Shown: one piece after another, positions 38,861-50,739 of the stretch | Layout of the letters: each line of letters begins with the position of its first letter | Position numbering within the stretch: position 1 is the stretch's first letter | DNA from: Felis catus | Taxonomy: Eukaryota | Direction: 5' to 3' | Length of the DNA: 64,000 nucleotides | Assembly (NCBI RefSeq): GCF_018350175.1 | Contig: NC_058383.1 | Span: forward strand, 11,224,001-11,288,000 | Position numbers and translations under genes: made by a program | The notes under the pieces: model-generated | What the model was told of the DNA's origin: nothing | Databases searched by the model: none | The model's input: the letters and a program-made list of their open reading frames with translations, nothing else

Positions 38861-39470
38861 CTCTCTCTCTTTCTCTAAATAAACATTAAAAAAAGAGCTG
38901 AATGTTTGAATTCTTTAAAATCACACACACCAAAGAGTATATTTACGTGTGTACCTTACAAAGCATAATTATAAACCATCTCTAAACCTACAACTCAACT
39001 CAAGAAATAGGACATTATCTAATATCTTTGCAACAGTTTGCATTTCAGGTCTCAAAAAGATACCACTGGGGCACCTGGGTGGCTCTCTTGGTTCAGCTTC
39101 TGACTCTGGATTTCAGCTCACGTCCTGATCCCAGGGTTGTGAGACTGAGCCCCGTGTCAGGGGCTCTGTGCTGAGCATGGAACCTGCTTGGGATTCTCTC
39201 TCTGTCTCCCTCTGTCCCTCTCCCCTGCTCGTGCTCTCTCTGTCTCTAAAAAATGCGGTGTGTGGGGGGGCACCTGGGTGGCTCAGTTGGTTAAGCATCT
39301 GACTTCAACTCAGGAAATGGTCTCATGGTGAGTTCGAGCCCTGCATCAGGCTCTGTGCTGACAGTGCAGAGCCTGCTTGGGATTCTCTCTATCTTCTTCT
39401 CTCTTGCCTCTCCCCTACTCGTGCTCTCTTTCTTTCTCTCTCTCAAAAGAAATAAATAAACTTAAAAAAA
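38659..39470 (+). mobile_element. Three Can-SINEs (about 38659-38895 with internal (CA)n, 39068-39255, 39266-39470)
   Basis: Heads, CT tracts and A tails. Confidence 0.9.
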
Positions 39471-40527
39471 TGATATCAGATACATAGGGTTCATCACCCC
39501 ATCGCCTAATTTTCATGAGCCCTGGACAAATTTCCTGGGCTCTCCAGACCTCAGTTTTCTCATCTCCTCTAAGAACGGCTGGGACAAGGACATCTCTGAG
39601 GGGTCTTCCTGTTTTGGACTTTTTATTCTGGGGATTAAAATAAATTTGGCTGAAGACTTAGAAAGAAAACCCAATGGGAAGGTGTTTGACATTCACACGC
39701 TTACACTCAGAGCTGCCCCAGGGCAAAGAGGAGCACGAAGCAGGTGTCTTGATGGTGTCGTGAAATTCGGAGACGTCTTTTCAGAGATCTGTGAGCCTGT
39801 GTCTTGCACGGAGAGGAGGGCGCCCGGGCTCACCCGTGTGGCAGGTGAGGCGAGCTGTTGGGACAATTCCTGGACTTGACCATCTTGGATTTCAAGCAGC
39901 CTCCCTCCCAGGTTTGCCTTGTTGCTTTTTCCAGGACCCGTGGCATTGAAATTTGCAAGTGAGACACGAAGGTCACCAGTGAGACACCGGCAACCTGAGG
40001 AGGGTCGTGGTCAGGCTGCCAGCTGCCGGTTTTCCTTGGAGGACATCGTTTTCTGCCGACTGCCGGTGAACTTGATCTACCCACATGGCGGGAAAGCGGC
40101 TTCTTTCATTTGTGCAATGTCTAAAAATGCGGTCTTGCCGGTCAGAGCGTTTCCTGGCCCCTGAAGAGGTCACAGAGGTGGCGCGGGGAGGGTCATTGTA
40201 CAGCACAGCCCTGAGGACATCCTTGAGTTGAGTCGTGGAGACCGCCACGCTGGGGAGGAACTTTTCCTTAGCGACCTGGCTTTTCTTGGTTACTCTCTTA
40301 GCCGTGTGGTCCTGACCTCTGGATTTGCCCTGCGTCTGTGATTTGAACCACATCATTTGTCTGCTTCTGCTTTCTGCCCCCAGAGAAGGTCCCTGTTTGG
40401 TCAGCCACTCATTAGCTGTCCACCTTTTCTCCCCAACCCTTCTGCACAACTGGCCTCAAATGCAGGTGGTGACAGGTTTCATTCAGATGGCTCATTATCA
40501 TGGGCACAGGTGGGCAGTACTGGGCAT

Positions 40528-41375
40528 AATACTTAGGGTTCTCCGGAAAAGTAGAATATCTATCTATCTATCTAGATATCCTAATATATCTATATATAGA
40601 TATATAGATATATCTATAGAATATCTATATAGATATTCTAGGATATAGATATAGGATATAGATATTCTAGGATATTCTAAATATCTAGATATTTTAGAAT
40701 ATCCTAGAAAATCTATATCTACAGATATATCTATACACATATTTGGATATATATATCCAAATTAAGATTTATATATAAATCTTAATATACACATATTTGG
40801 ATATTTATAATATCCAAATAGGATATAGATATTCTAGGACATTCTAAATATCTAGATATTTTAGAATATCCTAGAAAATCTATATCTACAGATATATCTA
40901 TACACATATTTGGATATATATATCCAAATTAAGATTTATATATAAATCTTAATATACACATATTTGGATATTTATAATATACACATATTTGGATATATAT
41001 ATCCAAATTAAGGTTTATTTATAAGGATTGTCTAATGGCATTATGGAGCTGAGAAGTCCCATGAGAATGCAGGAAAGCCAATGGTATAAATTCCAGCCTG
41101 AATCCAGAGGCCTGAGAACCAGAAACCCTGATGACACAAGTCCCGTCCGAGGGCAGAAGAAGACCAGGGTCCCAGCTTGAGTGGTCAAGCAGAGAGAAAC
41201 AGAATTTCTCTATCCTCTGCCTTTTGACGGTTCCCACCCACTTGGGCGACGGTCGTCGTCCTTACTCAGCCTACCAACTCAAATGCTAAGGTCTCTCAGA
41301 AGCATCCTCACAGACATACTCGGAAATAATGCATGACCCGGTATCTGGGCATTGGCCTGTCAAATTAGCCATCAT
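40528..41375 (-). mobile_element. ERVL solo LTR (MLT2B-like) with an expanded AT-rich internal repeat
   Basis: AGGGTTCTCC, ATTATGGAGCTGAGAAGTCCCA, AGGCCTGAGAACCAG, TCAAATGCTAA, CCTCACAGACA, GGAAATAATG, TATCTGGGCA match the reverse complement of recalled MLT2. Confidence 0.9.
40651..40980. repeat. 167-bp tandem duplication (about 2 copies) composed of AT-rich palindromes
   Basis: ATAGGATATAGATATTCTAGG starts at 40651 and 40818; copies differ by one visible substitution. Confidence 0.92.
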
Positions 41376-41509
41376 GCCTGATTAGGTCAGGCCCACCCAG
41401 GATCTCTCTTTCTTAAAGTGAACCATGATACATACTCAGGGAGATGGGATGGCATCGGGTGCATCTTGGGGACTGTCTCAGTTTCCTAGGACTGCTATAA
41501 TTAATACCT

Positions 41510-42150
41510 GCAACTGGAGACAATGCTGACGTTTTTCAACGGGTGAATTGATAAACACATTGTAGTTTAACTGGGTGATGGGATTCTACCGATCAATAAC
41601 AAGGAATAAGCTAGTGGCACATGTAACGACACGGAAGGATCTTCAGATGATCACGTTGAGTGAAAGAAGCCAGATGAAGGAGAGCGATACAGCAGGAGTC
41701 CGTTCATAGAAAACTCTAGAAAATGAAAGCACATCTGTAGTATTAGAAAGCAGGTTAGCAGCTGTCTGGGGACAAGGATGGAAGGTGGGGAGGGATGGGA
41801 GGCAGGGTTGCAAAGGACAGGAGGAAACCGCTGAGCATAAGCAATAAATTCCCTTTTTTTTTGTTTTTGGAATGTTTGTTTATTTTTGACAGGGGCGAGG
41901 GGCAGAGAGAGAAGGGGACAGAGGATCTGAAAGAGGCTCTGCGCTGACAGCACAGAGCCCGACACGGGGCTTGAACCCACGAGCCGCGAGATCACAGCCT
42001 GAGCCAAAGTCAGACCAACGGAGCCACCCAGGCGTCCCCGAATTCACTACCTTGATGGGTGACGGGTTCGTGCGCGCCTACACGTGTCAAAAGCAGTCAA
42101 ATCCTACACCTAAAACAGGTGCGGAGTGTGGTCCCTTCACACCCCAGACG
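41510..42150 (+). mobile_element. Old L1 3' UTR (L1MC/MD-like) with a - strand Can-SINE at about 41855-42039
   Basis: GTTGAGTGAAAGAAGCCAG, CTCTAGAAAATGAAA, TAGAAAGCAGGTTAGCAGCTGTCTGGGG. Confidence 0.78.
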
Positions 42151-43761
42151 TAGCTGCAGCGTGAGGCCTGACCCTGGATGGGGAGGGCAATTTGTCCTTC
42201 CCTAGATGCTGTTTGCGACTAGACGGTTCCCTGCTTTCCAGAGGTAGCACGTCTCTGGTGGGAGGATTGTCCACCCTGCAGCCCGCCTAAGTGACTCGTG
42301 CCCTGTGGGGCAGAAGAGCCCAGAACAACCGTCCCTCCCTCCAGGGTGGGGGGGGGGGGTGGGCCGAGGCTGGGCCGGGGCCGAGCTGCCTCTTCAGACC
42401 CTTCCCGGAGGGAGAGGAGCGTCTGAATTCCCAGGCCGGGGTGGGGGGACACACGCAGAGGAACGAGGAGCACCAAATGCCGGCACGAGAAGTCATTAGG
42501 CAGAAGGAGGACAAACTGTTAGCGAAAGAGAACGAACCCAAGGTTTGCTAAGGATGAGCCACCGAAGGGACGACCCCCCCACGGCGAACTGAACATCCAT
42601 CCTGGGGTGTAGCCGGTTTCTCCCAGGAAATACAACCAGTCCCGCGGCCTCTCGGGCCATGGCAGCGGCTGTAGTTTCAGGGCACCCCGCGAGGCCTCGA
42701 GGGCTTCGCTGACTTTCAGAAATGTGTTACTTTGTTGCTGCAGCCGTCGGCCTTGGGAGTGGATTGACCATCGCTGCAAGTTTGCGGCCAGGGACTCGAG
42801 ATCGTAAAGGGTCGGACTGTCAGCTGCTGAGGAAGCAGGAATCTGTTTTGCTGGCACTTTGGCGTTTTTGTTTCGACAGGAGATGGGGGGGGCAGCCCAG
42901 GGGCGGGGGTCTCTGGCCCGACTCCTGGGATGCCCCCATCCAAGACGCTCCTTGGCCGGGAAGAGCCGTTAGGGCCTCTTATCACGGACTTTTCTCATTC
43001 CCTGCACCCTCCTTGCCTGTCCACGTGACTTCCTCGTCACCGGCCTCCGCTCCGTCCCGCCACTTCTGAGACCTGCTTTGTCACTCCCCCGAGGTAACAC
43101 AGAGAAAAGAGAACGGCCTGTGTAGTGAGGCCGGCTGGCTTTGAATTCTGGCTGCCCCGCTTACTAGCTGTGTGACTCTGGGGAAGTCGCTTGACCTCTC
43201 GGAACTTCTAGGCCTCATCTGGAAGGCTGCGGACAAAGGCGCATGGGGATGGTTGTGCGGATTAAGAGGACAGCGTATCGCCTAACGGAGCTCAGTTGTG
43301 GTGACAGTGTGCTGTGATCGCTGCTGGTGGCTCCTGGTCTTTGGTCTTAGTCTGCTCTTCTACTGGGACCTGATGTGGTTGGCCCGGCATCCAGGGATGG
43401 CTTTGACAGGCCTCAGGACCGCCCTCCTCATGTCCAGCATCCTGCCTCCAGGCCCCACCCCTCTGCCCCCTCTGCCCTGCAGGTATTCCTAGCCTTCTGG
43501 CCACTTCCCCAGACCAGATGGCTTTCCCTGGTTTCCCTGAGGACACAGAGCCTGTCTGAGGCCCTCCACAGAGGGAGTGACTTTGGGGAGCACACACACA
43601 CACACACACACACACGCACATTCTTACACTCACACAAAAGTGCACACATACACCCGTAGAGCCAGAAGAGAGCTTGCTTTTGACAAGCTCACCCAGAATT
43701 TTGCAATCAGAGAATCGAGAAAGAGGCCCTTTCAATTCTAGCATTAATAAAGTTGAGTGTC

Positions 43762-43988
43762 GGGGCACCTGGGTGGCTCCGTCGGTTAAGCGTCCGACTT
43801 CGGCTCGGGCCATGATCTCGCGGTCCGTGAGTTCGAGCCCTGAGTCGGGTTCTGTGCTGACAGCTCGGAGCCTGGAGCCTGCTTCTGATTCTGTGTCTCC
43901 CTCTCTCTCTGCCTCCCCCCCCCACTCCGTTCATACTCTGTCTCTCTCTGTCTCAAAAATAAATAAATGTTAAAAAAATTAAAAAAAA
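43762..43988 (+). mobile_element. SINEC_Fc
   Basis: 16-bp TSD AATAAAGTTGAGTGTC at 43746-43761 and 43989-44004. Confidence 0.95.
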
Positions 43989-45189
43989 AATAAAGTTGAG
44001 TGTCATTCTGAAAAATACCACTTTGCTGTGAATGGTACAGAGATGGGCTGGGGGGCATGCGTGGGGAATCACCATCTTCAATGCTTAGTCCTTCTCAAGA
44101 TCCATTCCAGCCCTGGGGAGGGGGTCTGAGCGGGGTCTCCCGGCCTCTTTTACACGTTTCTGCCCCACAGGGGGACTGATGACAGGCTGTGCAGGACCCA
44201 AATCAGCTGGTGGACAGATGGGGACCAATCAGAGGCTGTTGCTGGGGAAACACTGCTCATGCCAATTCCTCTGGACTGGGGAGGGGGTGCCAGCCTGCCC
44301 GCCCTCCTCTCCTGCCCGCCCCCCCCCCCCCACCTCTCAGTGGCCCAAATCCTGTCTCCTCTCTCTCTCTCTCTCTTTCTCATCCATTAATAGATGCTAC
44401 CCCACAGATGTCTGATGTGAAATTGCACAGCAGTCTAGTGGGTCTGCTGTGGGCACAGGATTAGGCCAGCAAGGCTGAACATACCAGATTTTTATGACCC
44501 ATCCATCCCTCTGGGGGTGAATTCAACATCACCCCATGCTACGTGGGAGGCAGGTGGGGGGTGCTGGTTCAGTCCAGCATTTTCCAGGACCTCTGCTGGG
44601 AGAATGGAGCCCCAGGCTCAGTGCCAGGTGACCGCAGGCAAGATTGGGTGCAGCCCCATTGGCCACGAGCAGCCGATCCGAGCTCCACACCTGCTCTGAT
44701 GATGGACCCCACCGGGCTTTGGCAGCCGCGTTTCCTGAACTGACGCACGGCCCTGCTTCCGGGGGCCCGCGCTTGCAACATCTTTCCACCATAAAACCGC
44801 CATGGAAGTTAATTGCCTGCATCGCTTTGCAATTGAACAGGTCCATAAAATGTTCATTTGGTGCCGTCTCAGGGACTGAACGGGTGGCCAGTCGCTTGGC
44901 TTCAGGCGACAGCTGACATCTGGGGGGCGGTCCCTAGGCAGGGAGGCGTCTCCGAAATTGCTGATGTTGAGCGTTCGGAGGGACTTTCTCGGAGCCGTTC
45001 CAAAGCGTGTAGGAGCGACTGGTCATTTACTGGAATATTCCTGCGGGGGGCTGTGGAGGCTGCCAAGAGATACTTGCAAGTAAGTAGAAAACTTGTGTGT
45101 AGTTGCACGGGCAGGGTAACCATTGTCGGCTGCTGTTGCAAAGGAGCCTCGCATCCCAGTGCCTTGGACAACAAAGCTTTCCTGTTTTA

Positions 45190-45630
45190 AAAATTTTTAT
45201 TTTTTAATGCTTATTCATTTTTGAGAGACAGAGAGACAGAGTGCAAGCAGGGGAGGGGCAGAGAGAGGGAGACACAGAATCTGAAGCAGGCTCCAGGCTC
45301 CGAGCTGTCAGCACGGAGCCCGACGTGGGGCTGGAACCCGCAAACCGCGAGATCATGACCTGAGCCGAAGTCGGAGGCTTAACTGACGGAGCGGCCCAGG
45401 CGCCCCAATGGTAGTTTTAACTTGCATTTCTTTGGGTCGCCTCAAGGTTAAACCATTCAAAAGCAGGCATTCCCTTTTGTGTGGAGGAAATGGCTTATTC
45501 TGATGGGTTTCCACGGCCAGACTCATGGTAGTGTCATTTTAAGACTTTGAAATGAGCACTTTGTTGATAAACTTTGCAACAATTATTCACACCAGCAGGT
45601 CCCTTTTCATTTTAATTGTACTACTGTCAG

Positions 45631-45677
<47 letters not shown>

Positions 45678-46430
45678 GCCCACCAGGGGGCTTGAACTCA
45701 TAACCCTGAGATCAAGATCTGAGCTAAGGTTAAGAGTCCCATGCTTAATCAACTGAGCCACCCAGTGCCCCAATCTTTTATGTGTATTTATTTATTTATT
45801 TATTTATTTTTAAAATGTTCATTTATTTTTGAGAGGAGAGGGACAGAGAGAGGAGACACAGAATCCAAAGCAGGCTCCAGGCTCTGAGCTGTCCGCACAG
45901 AGCCCGATGCTGGGGCTCGAACTCATGAACTGTGAGATCATGACCTGAGCCGAAGTCGGATGCTCAACCAACTGAGCCACCCAGGCACCCCGATTACTTA
46001 ATTTATAGTATTAAAGAACTTCTTAGCAATTTGGAAAAATGTCATGTACACATTTATGCTGGATATCAAAAATATCCAAAATGGAGGGAGGAAAACTCTA
46101 AAATAGGTAATAGAATATTCTATCACTGACCTCTTATAATTTTTGGTAATTGTCCTAGCATGACACTTAGCGCATAGTAGATGCTTAATTAATATTTATG
46201 GCGTGATGGGGCGCCTGAGTGGCTCAGTCGGTTAAGCGTCCGACTTTGGCTCAGGTCATGATCTCGCGGTCCGTGAGTTCGAGCCCCACATCGGGCTCTG
46301 TGCTGACAGCTCAGAGCCTGGAGCCTGTTTTGGATTCTGTGTCTCCCCCTCTCCCTGCCCCTCCCCTGCTCAAGCTCCGTCTCTCTCTCTCTCTCTCTCT
46401 CTCTCAAAAATAAATAAACATCAAAAAATA
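45190..46430. mobile_element. Can-SINE cluster: - about 45190-45406, - about 45635-45772 with (TG)n, - about 45775-45991, + about 46208-46430
   Basis: Four SINE bodies; about 20 TG units at 45635-45675. Confidence 0.9.
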
Positions 46431-47135
46431 TAAATTTATGACGTGACTTGTAAGCACTTAACACAAAGACTTTCGGACAGGAGTTGGATTTTGTAAACTC
46501 CTTGGTATAGCGTAGTAACAGCTAACCAGCTGTATCCTGTGGCTCCGTTCACACAGCCGTCACGTGGCCCCAGGTACCCTGGCCACTGGACCTTTCTGAG
46601 GCCCATTGGAACGGTCAACTCCCAGCCCTTCAGAGTCCCAGCACGGGTTTGTCCTGCATGGCTGGTGGCTGCCTGACACTGGCAGTTAAATACCTCGAAC
46701 TGCACCCTTGGAGGGAGATGCTGTTTATTCCTTCTTGCCTTAGAGCCAAGGGAAGTAGGGGCCCAGAGAGAGGTTGGGACACTGGCCCAAGGTCACACAG
46801 GTAGGAGACAAGGGCCAGGACTCAAATTTCAGATCATCTGGCTCCAGAGGCAGTCCTGTGAACCATCCATCACCCAGACTCCGGAGGAGAAAGGCAACAG
46901 TGTAATCACTCGTGATGTTTCCTGAGGCCGCTTGGCTGGGCTTTCAGCCACCTTGGGTTGTTCTGGACTTTGGGGTCTCACAGCTCCAGTTAGAGCAGGG
47001 AGGATCCGAGGGTCCCTGAAGCAGGATCCCTGCTGTGTTTCTGAGATGCAGGGTCCTCCCTCCCCACCCCTCCCCCCATCCCTGGTGGCTCCCCACCCAG
47101 AGAAGCCAGCGGATGCCCAGTTCTTGCTCAGAAAA

Positions 47136-47901
47136 CCTTGGAAGTCCAGAGTATTGGATTTGTTCTTCTCGATACTCTTAGCTCCTTCCCGGGAGCCTGC
47201 ACAGGCCTGGGGAAGAAGGGACACCACCCTCTCTACCTCGATGGGAGTGTGGCCCCAAGGTGGCTCCGCCTGTTGGGAGCTGTGGTTGGAAGCCCGGAGG
47301 AGGTCTGCTCAGCCAGTTCTCTCTACGAAGGCCCAGACCTCCTGCTCATCCCTTCTGGAAGGTTCCCCCTCTGCATCTGCCAGGCCGGGCTAGGCAGAGG
47401 GGAGCTGGCTCAGGCTGGGCTGTTTCGTAGGCTGTTTGGGTGGGGCCCCCTGGGCTGGGGCCTGGCCTGGGCTGCACGGCGGGGGGCCCGGTGAAGCTTT
47501 GAGCTCCTTTGGCTCCTCGGAAGGGGTGGGGTGAACCTGCTGCTGGCCGTAGGGGGGTTGGAGCTGAGTAACTCAGGTTTTATGCTGGGCTGGGCTGGTG
47601 TTGGCTCTGACTTTGGTTGAATGTCTCTTGGGCTGTGCTAAGCACAGGGCCGGGCTCTGGAAGGTTCCACACCAGACATTTTTAGTTGCTGGGATGGGCG
47701 GCTTGATGGGCCCGGCCTCTGGCCTGGCAGGACCAGGTGGACTGGTCCTACATGTCTTTGGATGAGCTGGGCTCCTGGTCTGGTCCGGGCTGGGTTGGGC
47801 CGGGGTTGGGACCCGGCAGGCACTGGGCTGGCCTGTCTTGCTCTCTTTCCTGGGCAGAGATGACTTCTGAGCTGGATTGGGAGGTATTTTTCCACTCGGC
47901 T
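47136..47901 (-). pseudogene. Candidate decayed coding exon (Pro/Ser/Gln/Lys-rich), one frame with three in-frame stops
   Basis: Acceptor CCCCTGATTTCTAG| before 47901; frame reads EPSGKIPPNPAQKSSLPRKESKTGQPS... for about 108 codons, stops at 47575 (TGA), 47392 (TAG) and 47311 (TGA), then continues into ORF 46829..47227; no repeat recognised. 3' boundary uncertain. Confidence 0.4.
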
Positions 47902-48777
47902 CTAGAAATCAGGGGCTCAGGTTTCGGGTGCAAACACTGTGTCCCAGGTGAGGTGGGGGACATTCGGCCAAAAATACCTTGTGAAATCTTCGGGGACCAT
48001 CCCACCACATTGCCCCCTCCCGGGAAGGAGGCGGCTGTCCCTGATCCTTGACCCAAGTGAGGCAGGGGTTAGTGGCATCCTGCCTGTGGAGGGGGCTCAG
48101 CTGGGAGTTGATAAGCAGGCTTGTTGAGATGGCCCTTCTACTCCTGCCTGTGTGACCTTGGGCCAGTGACTCAACCTCTCTGTGCCCTCACTTTCCTCAT
48201 CTGTAAGATGGGAATAAATAATACCCCCACCTACAGCGGACCTTTGCTGGGAAGTTGTCTGTGTCTGTATGCATCCGTCTGTCCATCTGTCTCAGGAGTC
48301 TGAGTGCTCGTCTGTGGGGGCAAACGGACCCTTCTTGCTCCCGTGGTTCTCCCCAGGTTGGCCACAGAGCTGATGGGGCTGTGAGAGGGCAGGGCCTTGT
48401 CCTTTCTGTCCAGAGAGGTCCACCCAGAGTCACTGGGTCTTATCTCCTAAAGTCCCAATCCGCCGGGCAGAACGCTCACGGTCAGAAACCTCACAGACCC
48501 AGGGGGTAGTGGCCACACTTTATGCCGAGGAGAAAGGAAACTTGACAGAGGCTTTTATGCTGGTCCAGGCCCCCGGCCCCAGTCTGCCCACTTGGCAAAC
48601 AGGGCACAGAAGCCCCCAGGCTGGAGTCTGAGCGGAGGAAGCCAGGGGATGTGAGCGAGAGCCTATAATGACAGCCACCACGTGTCCCTTTAGGTAACAG
48701 CAGGGTGGCCCCGAGCTGGGGTTGTGAACCAAGCTGTATTTGTACGTGGTCTCTGGGAAAACAAATTAAAAACTCAT

Positions 48778-50056
48778 TTTGAAGTTAACTTATTTATTTT
48801 GGGAGACAGAGAGAGAGCACGAGTGGGGGAGGCAGAGAGGGGGGAGAGAGAGAATCCCAAGCAGGCTCCACGCCCGACACGGGGCTCAAACTTACGAACT
48901 GTGAGATCAGGACCTGAGCCGAAATCAAGAGTCAGCGTTTGACCGACTGGGCCACCCAGGCGCCCCCCGCCCCAAATCATTTTAAATTAAAATTTTAAAT
49001 AATCATATTTTTTGTTTATCTTTCATGTGGCCCGCTTCCCGTTAAGGTGCACAACTGAAGCCTGATGGAAATGATGGTTGGCATGTCAGCGTCAGCTTGC
49101 GTGAGTGGCCACTGGGGACTGTGGTCTACATCATAAATTACTTTCCACGGTGAGTTCAGAGCCACTTTAAAAAGTACCCCCCAGTGCTGGGGCGCCTGGG
49201 TGGCTCAGTCGGTTGAGCGTCCGACTTCAGCTCAGGTCACGATCTCACGGTTCGTGAGTTCGAGCCCCGCATCAGGCTCTGGGCTGATGGCTCAGAGCCT
49301 GGAGCCTGCTTCGGATTCTGTGTCTCCCTCTCTCTCTGCCCCTCTCCTGCTCGCACTCTGTCTCTCTCTCAAAAATAAAAACAAACAGGGGCGCCTGGGT
49401 GGCGCAGTCGGTTAAGCGTCCGACTTCAGCCAGGTCACGATCTCGCGGTCCGTGAGTTCGAGCCCCGCGTCGGGCTCTGGGCTGATGGCTCGGAGCCTGG
49501 AGCCTGTTTCCGATTCTGTGTCTCCCTCTCTCTCTGCCCCTCCCCCATTCATGCTCTGTCTCTCTCTGTCCCAAAAATAAATAAACGTTGAAAAAAAAAA
49601 TTAAAAAAAACAAACAAACAAACAGAAGTACCCCCAGTGCATTTACCACGGTGCCTACCCAGACCAGAGTGCTCTCAGGTGGTTTCAATTTCTGACATTT
49701 TTGGGGGTGGTTGGAACTGAGCAGTCCATGGGATTTATACTCGTCTAGAGGCTGAAGCTGGTGGGCAAATCCAGAATTTTCCGGGAGGGCCAAATTTTGT
49801 ATAGCTTTATTCTTTCCACAAAGAATAGTAGATGGTAACACACAGCTTCATGGATTTTATGATTATAACTTTTTAAGATTCTTTCCCTGGGAGAAACAGA
49901 TGGGCTCACTTGAAAATAAAACTGTCCTGGGGCCGTCTGGGTAGCCCAGTCGGTTAAGCATCTGACTCTTGATTTCAGCTCAGTTCATGATGTTGCAGTT
50001 CTGTGGGTTCGAGCCCCACGTCAGGCTCTGCACTGGGCGCATGGAGCCTGCTTGGG

Positions 50057-50094
<38 letters not shown>

Positions 50095-50170
50095 CCTTCC
50101 CCATTTGCACTGTCTCTGTCTCTCTCAAAATAAATAAATACACTTGAAAAAGGAAAAACAAAGCAAAGCA
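48778..50170. mobile_element. Can-SINEs: - about 48778-48967; + 49189-49387; young + SINEC_Fc 49388-49625; + about 49929-50170
   Basis: AAGTACCCCC(C)AGTGC flanks the 49189-49625 pair; AAACTGTCCTG flanks the last copy. Confidence 0.92.
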
Positions 50171-50739
50171 AACTGTCCTGATCTGAGAAACAGTCCAGTC
50201 CGTTTCCCCTCCGTCCTCCACGGGGAGGTCAGGGAGGGGCCGAGGCTGAGCCCTGACCCCTCCTCACGGCTGGGGTCCCTCCATTCACAGTGGGTGTTCT
50301 CTGCACCCACTAACAGTTCACTTTGTTCCGGACTTTTCTGCCTTTTCCAGGAAAGCCTGGTAGCCGGGAGGATGTGCTGATTTTGGATTCGGACAGTCTG
50401 GAAGTTTGACACCTGGCTCCATCACTGGATGGCTTTGGGCAAAGCAGAGTCTGTCTGCAGCCTGAGGCGGTGATCAATTTTCAGACTGTGCCCCGCCGTG
50501 GGGAAAAGACTTGAGCAGGCTGGCTGCCCCCATATACGGTATTTGGAATTTTAAGTGATATGTGCGGATCCGAAACATAAAACACCCCCCCAAGGCAGTG
50601 AACAAGGAGCGAGATACAAAATACCTGTAAACAGTTTCTGGGCTATTCTTCCCTTGTATGAAGCATGCCGAGGTGGGGCGGAGCCTGAGCATTGCTGAAC
50701 ATTTCTAAAAGGAAGAGGGACAGGTTCAGACGCGTGCGT

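Noticed and set aside
40557..41012. CRISPR-like palindromic repeats
   Set aside because: Eukaryotic context, no unique spacers and no cas genes; it is an expanded LTR microsatellite.
44600..44715. - strand EQVW..SAARGQW resembling the SOWAH pre-ankyrin motif
   Set aside because: It needs a frameshift, has no splice sites, and the surrounding sequence may be an LTR remnant.
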